A DNA stretch of 64,000 nucleotides from Octopus vulgaris (GCA_951406725.2 OX597825.1:19096001-19160000); one strand, 5' to 3'; positions 27,031 to 40,934 are shown, counted from the stretch's first letter. The notes: generated by a model not told the origin, from the sequence alone. Translations and numbers: made by a program.

Positions 27031-27320
27031 ACAACCATCCTATAAAACTGTAGTGAATTATTCGTCGTTCTCCGACATGCTATCGGTTATGTGCAACTGA
27101 TAGCAATTCCGTCCATGACGTTCTTCCCGAACCGGCAAAGTCTTCTGGGATAGGCAGCTTTGTTGGTCTTTGACAACGTTCTTTCGAGAATGTTGTAACT
27201 CATTTCCTCCACTGCTGGAGTTTTTATACAACATACCAGAACTCTTTTCCAATTTCAAAATGCGACTAAATACATACAGTTTTGTATCATTCGATAGATT
27301 CTCCTGGTTTCTATTTAAAT
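26796..27320 (-). mobile_element. Possible piggyBac relic (C-terminal Cys-rich domain and 3' end)
   Basis: Frameshifted ERTLSKTNKAAYP..CRF..CYQ.C..CR traces; terminus TTAA|tccttt at 26792. Confidence 0.3.
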
Positions 27321-27344
27321 TTGTAATATCTACGTGAGTCTTTC

Positions 27345-27570
27345 TGTTTGCGTTTGTCTCCCCCCCCCTCACACCACAATCACCACTGCATGCATCACAA
27401 CCACTGATGGTTTGTTTACGTCAACGTAAATTATCTGTACGGCAAATAAACCAATAGGAACTGTTCCAAATTTTTTAAAATATGTAACCGGAATTAATTT
27501 GTTTGACTTTAACCTTCGAGGTGGTATCCAAGAATGACCACAGTTCATAGGCTAAGATTAGTATAAAAGA
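27345..27570 (+). mobile_element. SINE family B, 3' half, highly diverged
   Basis: tttgtctccccc..gatggtttgtttacgtc..cggcaaa..ggtggtatccaagaatgaccacag. Confidence 0.55.
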
Positions 27571-27920
27571 AATCATAAAAGTATTCATGATGGCATTTTA
27601 CTTGAAACTGTCTAGAGTATTGTTGGTAGAAAAATTTAGCTCCAGGTCATTCCTGTTCAAGTATATATTGACAAAAATATCTGGAATTCACTATTCCATT
27701 ATCTAATGCATCGCTTCGTGCTTTGGAAGCCTACACGCTGTTTCTTAGTTTTCTAGAAATAGCCAAGATATGACTCTGTCTGAAAAGAAATAATGGATAA
27801 TAGCTGTTGAGCTTCATCAGAGGTGGAGAAAGATAAGTGAAGATTTCAATTTGAAAGATAAGAATTCTATCTATCATCTTATAAAAGAGTAAATATCGTT
27901 GGTGAATATAAAATATTTGT

Positions 27921-28100
27921 TTCAAATTTTAGCACAAGAACAGCACTATGAGGGTTGGGTATAAGTTTATTACATCGACCCCAGTGTTTAACTGGTATTT
28001 ATTTTATCGAACCTGAAAGGATGAGCGGCAAAGCCGACCACGGTGGATTTTGAACTCTAAATGTGAAGACGCTAAACGCTTCTGCCAACTCGTCAACTCG
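27921..28100 (-). mobile_element. SINE family A
   Basis: tacatcgaccccagtg..tttatcgaacctgaaaggatga. Confidence 0.8.
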
Positions 28101-28169
28101 CAGAATATTAAATATTCCCCTCTACTACAGGCACAAGGCCTGATAATTCGGGTCAGGGGTTAGTGTGGC

Positions 28170-28567
28170 AACTTGAAGACCAACCCACCACATGCGATAG
28201 ACTGGCGGTTGCACGGGTGCAAACGCTACGTTGTTATCCTCATTCCGTAAACGGTGGATTTTAACGAGTAGAGAGCGGAAACATCCTGGGGTACAGAGGA
28301 TTCGCAATCTAGACTAGGGTCTGAAAGTTTACCACATCATAGTGGGTTACATCATGGTTCCTCTGCTTTGTGACACAAGTAGGGAGAAAGAGTGAGAGGA
28401 AGTTCTGTTGAAAGTGTACGGCGGGGTTCAAGCCCATCCCCGCCGGAGCCTCGTGGAGCTTAGGTGTTTTGCTCAATAAACACTCACAATGCCCGGTCTG
28501 GGAATCGAAGCCGCGTTCTTACGACCGCGAGTCCGCTTCCCTAACCACTGGGCCATTGCGCCTCCAC
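28170..28567 (-). mobile_element. SINE family C head (28378-28567) followed by a distinct GC-richer tail
   Basis: ccctaaccactgggccattgcgcctcca head. Confidence 0.8.
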
Positions 28568-28996
28568 ATCTTTTCTTGTAGCGTGAGCAGATGAAATATT
28601 TCAGATAGTGCAAGGCAAATGTAATTAAAGCTCGGGCCAGACGTTCATACTGCATCTTTCGATCGCGACAACTGGCGTAGAAGATTGCATTGGTCCAGGC
28701 AAATCGCCAGGCCGCATGATGCTGATATCATAATATATATTTCTATTAGGGTGGGATATGTATCATAGACTTCTATTGATTGTAACCCACTTAACAGAGT
28801 TAGGTTTCTTAGACGCTTCGAACAACTCAGCATTGTTACCAAGAAATAATACTTTATATCCGAATATTCTGTTCAATCCATCAAATCCAACTTTCAAACT
28901 TTAGGAGAATGTAATTTCAACATTATAGTTTCAGGATATTGTTACATTTTTAAATGTACATTTAATGTGAGTCCACTTGACAAGAAAATCAGAAAA

Positions 28997-29028
28997 AATT
29001 CTGATGAAGATTATATGAAACGTAAAAC
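28997..29028 (+). ncRNA. Degenerate minimal hammerhead motif
   Basis: tt-CTGATGA-agattatat-GAAA-CG-TA-aa; core perfect, stems weak. Confidence 0.35.
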
Positions 29029-29092
29029 ACTCCCATACACACACAAAAAGCTATGTAATATACAGATATATAAATATAAAAATAATATATAA

Positions 29093-29136
<44 letters not shown>

Positions 29137-29757
29137 GTGTGTGTGTACATACATACATATATGCCTTTACGTATCTCTCATATGCATTCATGCATACACA
29201 CACACATATATACACACACATATACATGAATATATATATTTTTTATACATGTATGCATATATGCATATATGTTGGTATGTATCTCTCTCATACATACACA
29301 CACACATATATCGATATGTATATACACATAAATATACATATACAATTGTATGTGTGTGTGTGTGGGCGTGGGTGTGTTATTTCACTTAAATTAAAATGTT
29401 CAGTCAGCTTTTATAATGTAGAATGAGAAATAAGCAAGTTGTTTAGTTTTTGTACTTAACTTTTCGTCAGTGAACCGTGCTTACGTTTGCGACACGTATT
29501 TTTCCGGGAGAGGATAAAATATTTAACAGCTTCGAGAACTTTTTCACACTATGGGACATTAATGTCATGTTTAATCATGAAGGTAAAGATTAAAATTGCT
29601 TTCAGTTAAAAAAAAAGAAAAAAAATTTTAAAAACATTTTAACATGCAATCTTATTTAATTAAAACGGAAAATGATTAACTATCCATTTACAGAGCAACA
29701 CTAATTTTGAAAAAAAAATACTAAATTTATATTGATTCTCTGCGGTCATTTGTTGTA

Positions 29758-29834
<77 letters not shown>

Positions 29835-29905
29835 ATATATATATGTATATATAGAGAGTTAAATATATATACATAATACATATATATATATATATATATA
29901 TATAA

Positions 29906-30034
<129 letters not shown>

Positions 30035-30950
30035 TGCATAAAGTTTCTGATGTTTTATACACGTGTAATTCAGAACTTGAAAATTAGTAATGATTCAATC
30101 CTACAACTTTAGGAAATTTCTGTAATATGTATTATTCTGTTTGAATTTTTTTTTTTTTTGTATTATTAGCGTTTATTGTACGTGTAATGTGAAATGGCGT
30201 GGAAACTAAAAAGTTTTTTTTTTCTTTTCTTAATTTTATTATTTACAATGTAAGCAACTTGTGCTTCATAATAATTGAACTATAGCACAACATAATTTTT
30301 ACGAGTTAATCCTGTTTGACAAGAACGATCAAATTATCCACCTGAAGAAGATATACAGATAGAAAGTTAAAATTTAAGAGGTTTTCTTGTTATGAAACTT
30401 TTCTTATAGGCTTTTTTTTTTCTTATCGTTCATTCCATTCGATGACATGTTGCTCTCACTAAAAACATCATGTCAGATTTACTCACGGGTCATTTCAAGG
30501 AAATAATCGCCCATGTTAGAAATCCTCAACCTTTGTTGACTGAGATGTCAGGCAAAATTCTGTATTGCTTTCTTTGACCGCTAAGTAGAATGTGCGGTCC
30601 GGTTATCAAGTGCAAATTTAAATATGACATGTTCGAAGGTTAATAAGTTTAAGACTAAAATAGTATTGCCGTCAATCAGTTAATGACTTATAGTTCTCTG
30701 TTGATTTATTTTATATTGTTACAATTGATTCAGATGTTACAAAGCACTGACTGACATCCGAACGTACTAAGCTTAAATTAATATCTCCATATTAAACTGT
30801 CTGTTACCATTATTCTATATAATTATGATCATTCATACAGATTATTTGATAAGAAAACATTTGCTGTTGTTCTTACAACATACACCTGAGATATCATTAA
30901 AAATGTCGTTAGATTACTACCTAAACAAGTGAAACAATTTACTGAATATA

Positions 30951-31036
<86 letters not shown>

Positions 31037-31680
31037 CACACTCATATATGTATATATATGTTTATATGTATCCATACACACACACAGCGCCGTGTTATGT
31101 ACTAAATAGCTGGATTCTCAGTTTTACAGTATGATTTCGAATTTCGAATTCCTCTGAGACCAGCTTACTTCCTCAACTCTCTGCCGAGGTTTCCACTGTG
31201 GGAAGATCAAAGCATTTCATTTATAGATCATCGCAAATCACCTGAGTCTTCGGTCATAATTAGATTTCTTGTTTTCTCTATAAAAAAAAAGATACTAATG
31301 GAATGATAACTGAAAGCGAGGGCGTAAGTTCACTAAGGTAATGATACATTGTGAACCACAGTGTTAAATTTCTGCAACAGTTAAACTGACTTTGGAATAA
31401 TAAATATACGAAACATAAATCTCTCTTCCCAGGCTCAATATGCAGTTAAAAACAGAAAAAAATCACTGTAAATATTAAGTTATAAGCAATGCAAACACAC
31501 ACGGGTTAATGTTGGTTTATTCAAATATTTAAATATATTCATCCGTAGTATCTCTTCTAGGAAGTAGAATAGCTGCCTTTGTAGGTACGTATGTATACGC
31601 AAATAATATATGTGTGTATATACATAGCTACAGAGGTATGTATAGGTATGTAAGTATATACATATATATATGTATGCATG

Positions 31681-31767
<87 letters not shown>

Positions 31768-31784
31768 ATATATATATATATATG

Positions 31785-31828
<44 letters not shown>

Positions 31829-31919
31829 TGTGTGTGTATGTTTGTGTACATAGCTACAGAGGTATGCATTTGTATTTGTTTTTGTGAGTGTGTGTAGCTA
31901 TTGTGTTTATACATAAAGG

Positions 31920-32300
31920 AAGAATGGATCAATAAATCCTTACATTACAAATACACAGAAATTTTTGCTCGGAGCCAAGACTGTTCTACATACAACGTAA
32001 ATACAGATATAAAGCAAAAAGCAAACCATTACAAACTTTAATCGAAACAATAAACTTTGACCAGTAAAGTAATTTATATATATATATATATATTAACCTC
32101 TTACACAGTAATATTAACAAAATATCTAACATTTACAAAGACTTTGGATGCAGTAGACCAAAATCTAAAACCGAGCACAATATGTGGTTCAACGTTGTTT
32201 ATCGTAAGACACAACACTCATTTAACTAAAGCATCATAAAATCCACTTCCACAATTCTCATGAATACAATAGTATTAAATCAGCATAAAGCGATCTTTGA
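31920..32300 (+). pseudogene. Penelope-like ORF relic
   Basis: MWFN and HFHNSHEYNSI traces resemble IWFNPP and KHFP.SH.Y.KIF. Confidence 0.35.
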
Positions 32301-32620
32301 TAAAACAACGATATGGAGCAAAGGGGTTGTCATTACAGAGTTGTTCAATGATCTGAAAACAGTGTTACATGCAAATTTCTTCCAATTGCACGTTGTTCTT
32401 TGATATTGCTCCTCAGACAATCTCTACAATATATTTATTGAAATCATACCTGATTATTTATCATCATAAAAACACGTAGATCTTTCGCTTATCTTGGAAA
32501 GGAAAATGAAGTATATTTTTAATGTCACAGTGAACTTATTCGTTAGTAATGTTTCTTTTAAATATTCAGCTTTTTATTTATTTATTTAGTTATCTATTTA
32601 TCTATTTGTTTATTTTATAG

Positions 32621-33027
32621 AAGGCGGCGAGCTGGTAGAAATGTTAGCACGTCGGGTGAAAAGCTTAGCAGTATTTCGTCTGCCGCTACGCTCTGAGTTC
32701 AAATTCCACTGAGGTCGACTTTGCCTTTCATCCTTTCGGGGTCGATAAATTAAGTACCAGTTATGCACTGGGGTCTATGTAATCGACTTAATCCCTTTTT
32801 CTGTCCTTGTTTATCTCCTCTGTGTGTAGCCCCTTGTGGGCAGTAAAGAAATAAGAATTAGCACGCCGGGCAAAATTCTTACGCTTTGAATTCAAATTCT
32901 GCCGAAATCCACATTACCTCTCATCTCTTCGGATGTACCGATTAAGCAGTGGGGTGGGGTGGGTGTCTCCATGTAATAGATTTAGCCCCTCCTCCAAAAT
33001 TTCTGGCCTTGTGCCAATATTTGAAAA
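32621..33027 (+). mobile_element. Two tandem family A SINEs (32621-32855 full, 32857-33027 deleted)
   Basis: High identity to 8480-8711. Confidence 0.92.
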
Positions 33028-33664
33028 CAATGCTTATGTTTTATCTTGCTGAAAAAGCATCCACAGTTTTATTTTATTTTTGTTTCAGGAACTGGATTCC
33101 ATGTAACCCTTGAATTTTAAAAATAGTCCATTGGTATATGAGCGTTATAGAAGATGTACATAGACTGGCGGAATGAAACAACGTTTATTAAATAAGTTTG
33201 TATTTATGTTTTATCTTATCAATATGATTAGAATGAAGTAAACATAGCATATGTTAATAATTTTGAATGACAAGTTTCGAAAATATAAATTTAATATTAT
33301 GTTCTTACTGTATTGTGTAACTATTCAAAGAATTTGCAAAAAATTCCAGACAAAAACTATACGACGCAAATTTTATTCACAACAGAAATAATTCCACACA
33401 AAGCTAATTCCACGCAAAAGGCTATTTTAAGCAAGGGAATTACCAAATTTGCTAGGTTAAAATAAATCATTTATGGAGATAAATTGAAATTGTATATATG
33501 GAATTAAATTATGAAGTTTTTTTTTATGGGTTGTATATATCAAATGTTATGGGGTGACAGCGTTAAGAAGTGGTGTATTTATCTACAAACTTGTTACCAG
33601 TTCAAATTTGCTTTCTTATACAATCGAATAGCATGTTTGTATAAAATTGTGCATATAATAATGA

Positions 33665-34079
33665 TTTCAAATTTTTACCACAAGGGTAATTTTGGGGAGG
33701 GGATTGAATCGATTACATAGGCACCAGTGCGTAACTAGAACTTGTTTAATCGACCCCGTAATGATGACAGGCAAAGTCGACCGCGGTGGAATTTTAACTC
33801 AGATCGTAGTGGCAGACGAAATACCGCTAAGCATTTCGCCCCACGTACTAACGATTCTTATTTCTTTATTGCTCGCATAGAAGTGACAAACAAGGACAGA
33901 CACAGGAATTAAGTCGATTACATCGACCCCAGTGCGTATCTGGTACTTAATCTTTCGACCACGAAAGGATGAAAGGCAAAGTCGACCTCGGCGGAATTCT
34001 AACTCAGAACGTAAAGACGGACGAAATACTGCTAAGCATTTCGCCCCTCATAGTAACGATTCTGACAGCTCACCGCCTT
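33665..34079 (-). mobile_element. Two tandem family A SINEs
   Basis: Two copies of ggcaaagtcgacc..aactcaga..ctaagcatttcgccc. Confidence 0.9.
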
Positions 34080-34299
34080 TGCTGTACATATAATAATGAT
34101 GTTGCTTTTATTTTAAAACATAAAAAAAAAATTTAATGACAAAAGGCAAATGTGAATTATTATTATACAAGATTAATTGTCTTGAAATTATTATCCAAAA
34201 AATCTACTTCTGTCGTTCACTTCTGTAACTTATGAAGACAATAGCACAAAATAAAAGTTGCTAACGAAAACGAATAAAATCTATCTATAAATCTAAGCA

Positions 34300-34360
<61 letters not shown>

Positions 34361-34361
34361 A

Positions 34362-34393
<32 letters not shown>

Positions 34394-34415
34394 GGATAGA
34401 TAGATAGATAGATAC

Positions 34416-34461
<46 letters not shown>

Positions 34462-34659
34462 TGATAGATAGATAGACAGATAGAAATATGGATAGATATG
34501 CAAGACAGACATATGAATTTTTAAATAATTATATTGTAAAAATATATATGATATGATCACTTAACTATTCGAAATGTTTTAGATATAACGTATGTTTGAG
34601 TCTGTTCAGAGAATCAAAGTTTGTGCAGAATTATGATCAAGCTACGCCATTCATATTGT

Positions 34660-34727
<68 letters not shown>

Positions 34728-34783
34728 TTAGATGACGTACGTGGAGGATGCCATGCAGTGGGAGTTAGCTTCGAAACATATTG

Positions 34784-34827
<44 letters not shown>

Positions 34828-34901
34828 GTTAGCCGAATTATAAAAAGACTTAGAGGCAGCGTTCTCCTCGAACAATTCTTCCAAGCTTAAATACATATTT
34901 A

Positions 34902-34925
34902 AATATTTAAATATCGATATTATCC

Positions 34926-34987
<62 letters not shown>

Positions 34988-35028
34988 AAATCAAATTGCG
35001 ATAAAATAAAAATAATTATAATCGCTGG

Positions 35029-35087
<59 letters not shown>

Positions 35088-35121
35088 TTATAAATAAGGA
35101 TAATATCGATATTTAAATATT
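34902..35121. repeat. Perfect 31-bp inverted repeat enclosing two (TA)n tracts
   Basis: aatatttaaatatcgatattatccttattta / taaataaggataatatcgatatttaaatatt. Confidence 0.9.
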
Positions 35122-35220
35122 GGCATTATCAAGTGACTGGAATGGGAATAAATACCATACAAAGGTAATACTTTTTTACAACTAACAATAAGGGTGTCTG
35201 AGAGACACCCTTATTTTTAG

Positions 35221-35291
<71 letters not shown>

Positions 35292-35351
35292 TGTATGTAT
35301 GTATATATATATATATGCATATATATATATATATATATGCATATATATCTT

Positions 35352-36679
35352 CAGGGGATGGTGTGTAAATTGTCGCCATTTTGTATTTTTAATTTCGCGC
35401 CTTGTTTGTTTTTGATTATGTCGACTACACATTATAATGGGATCAGTTGTGCAGAGTCTGTGAGAAAAACAACACCTTGATGCAATTAATTCTCCAAGAA
35501 ATTTGGAAAGGACATGCTGCACTTCTTGGCATTCACGTCGAAATCTCCAAAAGAAACAGTTCAGAGTGTTTGGGTGTCAATCTAAAGACAGGGCGGAAGA
35601 TTTGGAAAAAGCTGGATGAGTCTAACGGTGATCAAAATATACAAGTGGGCTGAAAAGAATAGCATGCAGTTCAATGCTGAAAAGTTTCAAGCTTTATACT
35701 ATCAGCATGCAAAACTAAATGCAATACCCAATGAATACACTGGATTCGGAGGCATTGCAATCCCAGGGGCACAATCAGTGCGTAACCTGGGTATTTACAT
35801 GAGTGATGACGCAACCTTTCGTGTACATGTTGCTAAATTGGCAATGAAATGTAGACGACTGGCCGGATGGATTCTCAGAACCTTTAGAACAAGAGAACAA
35901 GAAACCATGATGGTCCTCTGGAGGACACTTGTCCTAAGCCACTTTGACTATTGCTCTCAGTTATGGTCACCATCCAGTGTCAAGTTGATCACAGAACTTG
36001 AGGCGATCCAACGTAGCTACACGAAGAAGATAGCCTCTATGCAGAATATAAGCTACTGGGAAAGACTCAAGAGATTAAAACTATATTCCTTGGAGCGTAG
36101 GCGGGAAAGATATGCCATAATATACATCTGGAAGATCCTGGATGGACTTGTCCCAAACTTTGGCATCGAGAGTTACACAAATGCCAGAACTGGGCACCAC
36201 TGCGTGGTGCCTAGGACTCCAAATTTGCCATCAAGATGTAGGACAAGATACTGTGATAGCCTGGGCTTCAGAGGCCCACAGCTCTTCTATATCATCCCGA
36301 AGAACCTAAGAGACCTGCATGGGGTGGATGCAGATGTCTTTAAAATGAAACTGGATCTCTTCCTGTCAGGTGTCCCAGATGAACCAACTTCACGGCAGGA
36401 GGTGCAGATGAGGGCAGCTGCATCGAACTCTCTCATGCACCAAATGGCAGTTGCTAAAAAGCTTTCGTGAAGTAAAACCATGTAGCAACACCAAATGGCG
36501 GTGCCCCAGCATGGCCACAGCTCATGAGCTGAAACAAGAATCAATCAATCAATCAATCAATCTTTGGTATTTCAAGATACTTTCTTGTAATTTTGATCAC
36601 TGTGTCGGTTAAAATGAAATGTCGGCGCTGTTTTCATTTTTACGTAATCTAGACGACACTTTATTCACCGCAACGTGTG
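35352..36679 (+). mobile_element. maT-family DNA transposon shell interrupted by a LINE
   Basis: Imperfect TIRs caggggatggtgtgtaaattgtcgcc / gacgacactttattcaccgcaacgtg; N-terminal EIWKGHAALLGI..ECLGVNLKT..LDESNGD; both ends match 47181-48022. Confidence 0.8.
35633..36562 (+). mobile_element. CR1-group LINE, 5'-truncated, open ORF2 C-terminus to 36470, (TCAA)n tail
   Basis: WA..N.MQFNAEKF, VRNLGI, S.FDYCSQLWSP, LEAIQR, YWERLK.LKLYSLERRRER motifs; about 278 codons without a stop. Confidence 0.93.
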
Positions 36680-36684
36680 TATTG

Positions 36685-36960
36685 ACCTTCGAAACGTGGA
36701 GTAGATGAAACAAAGGCGACTGAAGAAGGGGAATTTTCCTTGTTTTGTATGTCCTGTACTCTATTTTTTTGTTGTTTAAGAAAAAATGTCCATTTCCTTG
36801 GTTTTGTGTTTATGTTTTCGTTTCTCATTGTGTTCGACGTTTTTTTTTTGTGTCCTGTACCCATATATGCATGTATATATACATGTAGAGGTAGGTACGT
36901 ACATATATGTATGTACATATGCATATGTTTTATTTATTTACTAATTTATTTTTATATATA
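36685..36960 (+). mobile_element. Dispersed repeat (paralog of 1680-1990) starting with a hammerhead-like 3' half
   Basis: cGAAACGTggagtagat..gactgaagaagggg..gtcctgtacccatatatgca. Confidence 0.6.
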
Positions 36961-37756
36961 TATATATATATGGGCGCATGTAAGTGTGTGTGTGTGCCCA
37001 CGTACATATGCATGTATATATGATTAATTAGAAAAACATTTGAAAATACCTAATTTTATTCACATACATACATAAATATTTACATGTGTGTACCTGCGTG
37101 TGTGCGTGTGTGTATGTGTGTGTGCATGTGCGCGTGTTTGTGTGTGTCTCTTGTGTGTGTAAACATAGTCATATGTTTTTCTAATTAACCAAAGTGCACA
37201 AGATATTTTTGACGGTTAAGAATTTTTACATATGTGAACATTTATCTTATATTAGCTTTTGCCACAATGTCGTTAAATTATCTTCTCAGCATATGTTTTT
37301 AACAATTTCATATAATTAAAATAGTACAATATCTTTTGCTTGAATGTATATGAAATTATAGTAGTCTATCCACCCAAAGAGAATATTTTAAGTAAAAAAA
37401 AAGTAGAAAAGGTAGCTAAAAATTTACATTGCTAGGTCAATACCCGTCCTCAGTTTAGAAAAAGGAATATGAACAGTTGTTTTTCCACATCATAATTAGA
37501 TATTTAAATGAATGGAGTCATATTTACAGTTCGCAGAACAACCAAGTTATTAAAATAAATGATTTAACTGAAATAATTATTTGATTGCTATTTGCAAAAT
37601 TTGGGGGTACAGTTTATTTTAATAACAACACTTTTTGAATATTACAGTTCTAAATTGTTTCTTAACATGTTAGAGATGAGGAATTCTGTGATGTTTGCCT
37701 TGCCTTAATGTTTGTTGTTCTCTTTAGCAATAGTATACATATATATATATATCTGT

Positions 37757-37985
37757 GTGAGTGTGTCTTTGTGTCTGTGTTTGTCCGGCCACTAAGGCTT
37801 GACAACGTATGTCGGTGTGTTTATGTCCCCGTAACTTAGCGGTTCGGCAAAATAGACCGAGAGAATACGTACGAATTTATAAAAATATAAATTCTGCGGG
37901 CGGTCGATTTGTTTGACTGAAACACTTCAAGGTGGTGTCCCAGCATGTCACTGTCAAATGGCTGAAACAAGTAAAAGATAAAAAA
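37757..37985 (+). mobile_element. SINE family B, 3' half
   Basis: gtccccgtaacttagcggttcggcaaaa..ccagcatg..ctgaaacaagtaaaaga. Confidence 0.85.
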
Positions 37986-37988
37986 TGT

Positions 37989-38081
<93 letters not shown>

Positions 38082-38751
38082 CAGAGAGACAGAGTGTGTG
38101 TGTTTGTGTGTTTGTGAGAAAATATAATTTTCAAAAAATTGTTAAAATTCTTAGCGCTAAACGTACTGCACAAAATGATGTTAAGCTATGCTGTAAAACA
38201 CATAAAGTTTGTCAAATGAAAAGCACAAAATTAAAGTGTGTTGTTCAAAGTTTTCTAAGTGAAAATATGAGAAATCTGCATGCTATTTTATTATTATATC
38301 CCAAGCTGTGGTTATAATCCGAAAAACTTCTGGCGTAATGTGTAGAGTTGCATGTAGAAACTGTGTTATATCTCATTGAGCATCGTTTGAACTTAGAACC
38401 AAACAAAAATGCCATTGCTGGATGGACATAAATGGCATACACTTCTATATTCGTTTATTTGGTTGCGATTAATCTTGCATTGCCGGCTGCAATTGTAATA
38501 ATATTCAAAGTCTAAACTAGAATGTTGGTATATTTGTGTAGAATAATTTCTTCAGTTACTAAAATAAATCTGATTATCCAACTAAGAATGATACTGAATG
38601 TTGTAAGACCTTTAATATTATTTGTCAGTCGTAATTTCGTTGGTTTGACGTAAAGTTTCGTGGAAAGAAAAGGACCAGCGGTCAGACATTGTTGCAACAG
38701 ATTTTGTCTTAAATTTATAACACTCTAGGTTGCATTATTATTAGAGTACAT

Positions 38752-39580
38752 AAGACAGCGAGCTGGTAGAATCTTTAGCACACGGGGCATAACCTTAGCG
38801 GCATTTCGACCGTCTTAACTTCCTGAGTTCAATTTCCACTGAGGTAACTTTGCGTTTTATCTTCCCGGAGTCGATGAAATACCTAGTAATGGACCACTGG
38901 GTCTGATGTAATTTCTTAGCCCGCCCTCCCAAAATTCAGGTGTTGCGCCTATAGTAGAATGGATTATTGATAAACTACCTAGGGAAGCGAGCGAGAGGAA
39001 TCGTTAGCACCCCGAATCGTTCACCATTCCTGTGTCAATAAAATAAGTGCCAGTTGAACACTGGAGACTGTTTTTATAATCGTCTAGCTCCCTCCCCCAA
39101 ATTTCAGACCTTGTGCTTATAATAGAAAGGGTTATTAATAGAGTACCTTTAAGGGGGAAAAATAGAAGAATCATCAACGGACCACGGCATTTCGTTAGTC
39201 TTTGCGGTCTGGTTTCAAATCCTGCCGAAGTTAAATTTGCATTTAATTTTTTAGTGGTTGATGGAAAGAGTGACGGTCGAACCCTGGGTGTCAATAAAAT
39301 CGACTATCTCCAACCTCACAAATATTTACGGTCTTGTATCAATAGCAAGAATAATTATTAACGGAGTATCCAAGGTAGCGGGCTGGCGAAATCGTTAGTG
39401 CATTGGGAAAATATTTAGCTGTATTTTTCAGGGTTTTTATATTCTTTGCTCAAATCATGTCGAAGGGGTCAGTTTTACATTTCATTTTTTAAATGGCGAT
39501 AAAATGAAATACAAATCAAAGTCTATGCTCTATGAAATCGACAAGATTCTCCTCCTAAATTGCTGACACTGTGCCTAAGA
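38752..39580 (+). mobile_element. Cluster of about four diverged family A SINEs
   Basis: Heads or cores near 38752, 38990, 39180 and 39373. Confidence 0.7.
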
Positions 39581-39804
39581 CTTTAAGAATAATTAATGGT
39601 GTGCCTTAACAAAATCCCACGTCGTACATTTAGATCTTAATTATAAAAGAATATGAAACCATTATTCTAAGCTAATTTAGTTAATTGTAAGATAGAAATT
39701 TAAATGTAATAAAATGTTTTAAAAGAAATTTAAACTTCCTACGTGATAACTGTAAACTTACTTTTGGGCTACCCTGTATATATATATATAAATATACATA
39801 TCTA

Positions 39805-40030
39805 TATGTGTGTGTTTTGTCTCTGCTTGTATCATACCAACAGTATTAGCGTGTCTACGTCCCCATAACGAAGCGGTTCTGTAAAAGTAACCTATGGAAT
39901 AAGTACCAGGTTTAAAATTAAAATTTTGAAAAATGTCCTGGGGTCGATTCATTCGACTAAAAATGCTAACTGCAGTGCCCCAGCATGGCCAGAGTCTAAT
40001 CACTTAAGAAGGCAAGAGAATAAAGGAATA
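39805..40030 (+). mobile_element. SINE family B, 3' half
   Basis: gtcctggggtcgattcattcgactaa..gtgccccagcatggcc. Confidence 0.8.
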
Positions 40031-40130
40031 AAAGCATATATTGACTCCCAGCATTAGCATAACTCCACCCTTTCAGAGCTTTTAGAAAAGTCTATGAAAT
40101 CTCCCAGATTATTACTGCAAGTCATTTGTA

Positions 40131-40432
40131 TTGTTTGTTGTTTGTTCCTTCTCAAGCCATGACTGGCTCATAAGGTCCGGTTTCCCGGTTTCCTTGGCGT
40201 ATAGGTTCTCCACCTGGATGGGACGCCGGTCCGTCGCAGGTGAGCTGAAAGATGCAAGAAGAAAAAGTGAGGGGAAGTTGTGGCGAAAGAATCAGCAGAA
40301 GTTCGCCATTACCTTCTGCCGGAGCCGCGTGGAGCTTAGGTGTTTCGCTCATAAACACACACATCGCCCGGTCTGAGATTCGATCCCGCGACCGCCAGTC
40401 CGCTGCTCTAACCACTAGGCCATGTGCCTCCA
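40131..40432 (-). mobile_element. SINE family C with (CAA)n-type tail
   Basis: ctctaaccactaggccatgtgcctcca head; tail ccttatgagccagtcatggcttgagaaggaacaaacaac. Confidence 0.9.
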
Positions 40433-40532
40433 CTAGTCGTTTGCATACCCCAGGCTGACCTTATTGGAAATTAAAATAATAACTTAAAGTAATTATATAT
40501 ATATAATTATATATATATAATTACATATATAT

Positions 40533-40934
40533 AGGCACAGGAGTGACTGTGTAGTAAGTAGCTTGCTTACCAACTACATGGTTCCGGGTTCAGTTCCACC
40601 TTGGGTAAGTGTCTTCTACTATAGCCTCGGGCCGACCAAAGCCTTGTGGGTGGATTTGGTAGACGGAAACTGAAACAAGCCCGTCGTATATATGTATATG
40701 CATATATGTATGTGTGTGTGTGTTTGTGTGTGTCTGTGTTTGTCCCCCCAACATCGCTTCACAACCGATGGTGGTTTGTTTACGCCCCCGTAACTTAACG
40801 GTTCGGCAAAAAGAGACCGATAGTTTAAGTACTAGGCTTACAAAGAATAAGTCTTGGGGTCGATTTGTTCGACTAAAGGCGGTGTTCCAGGATGGCCACA
40901 GTCACATGACTGAAACAAGTAAAAGAGTAAAGAG
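40533..40934 (+). mobile_element. SINE family B, complete with internal (TA)/(TG) tract
   Basis: tRNA-like head, body, microsatellite and LINE-like tail. Confidence 0.93.

Noticed and set aside
35616-36470. 284-aa ORF as a host gene
   Set aside because: LINE ORF2 C-terminus; its ATG lies in adjacent maT sequence
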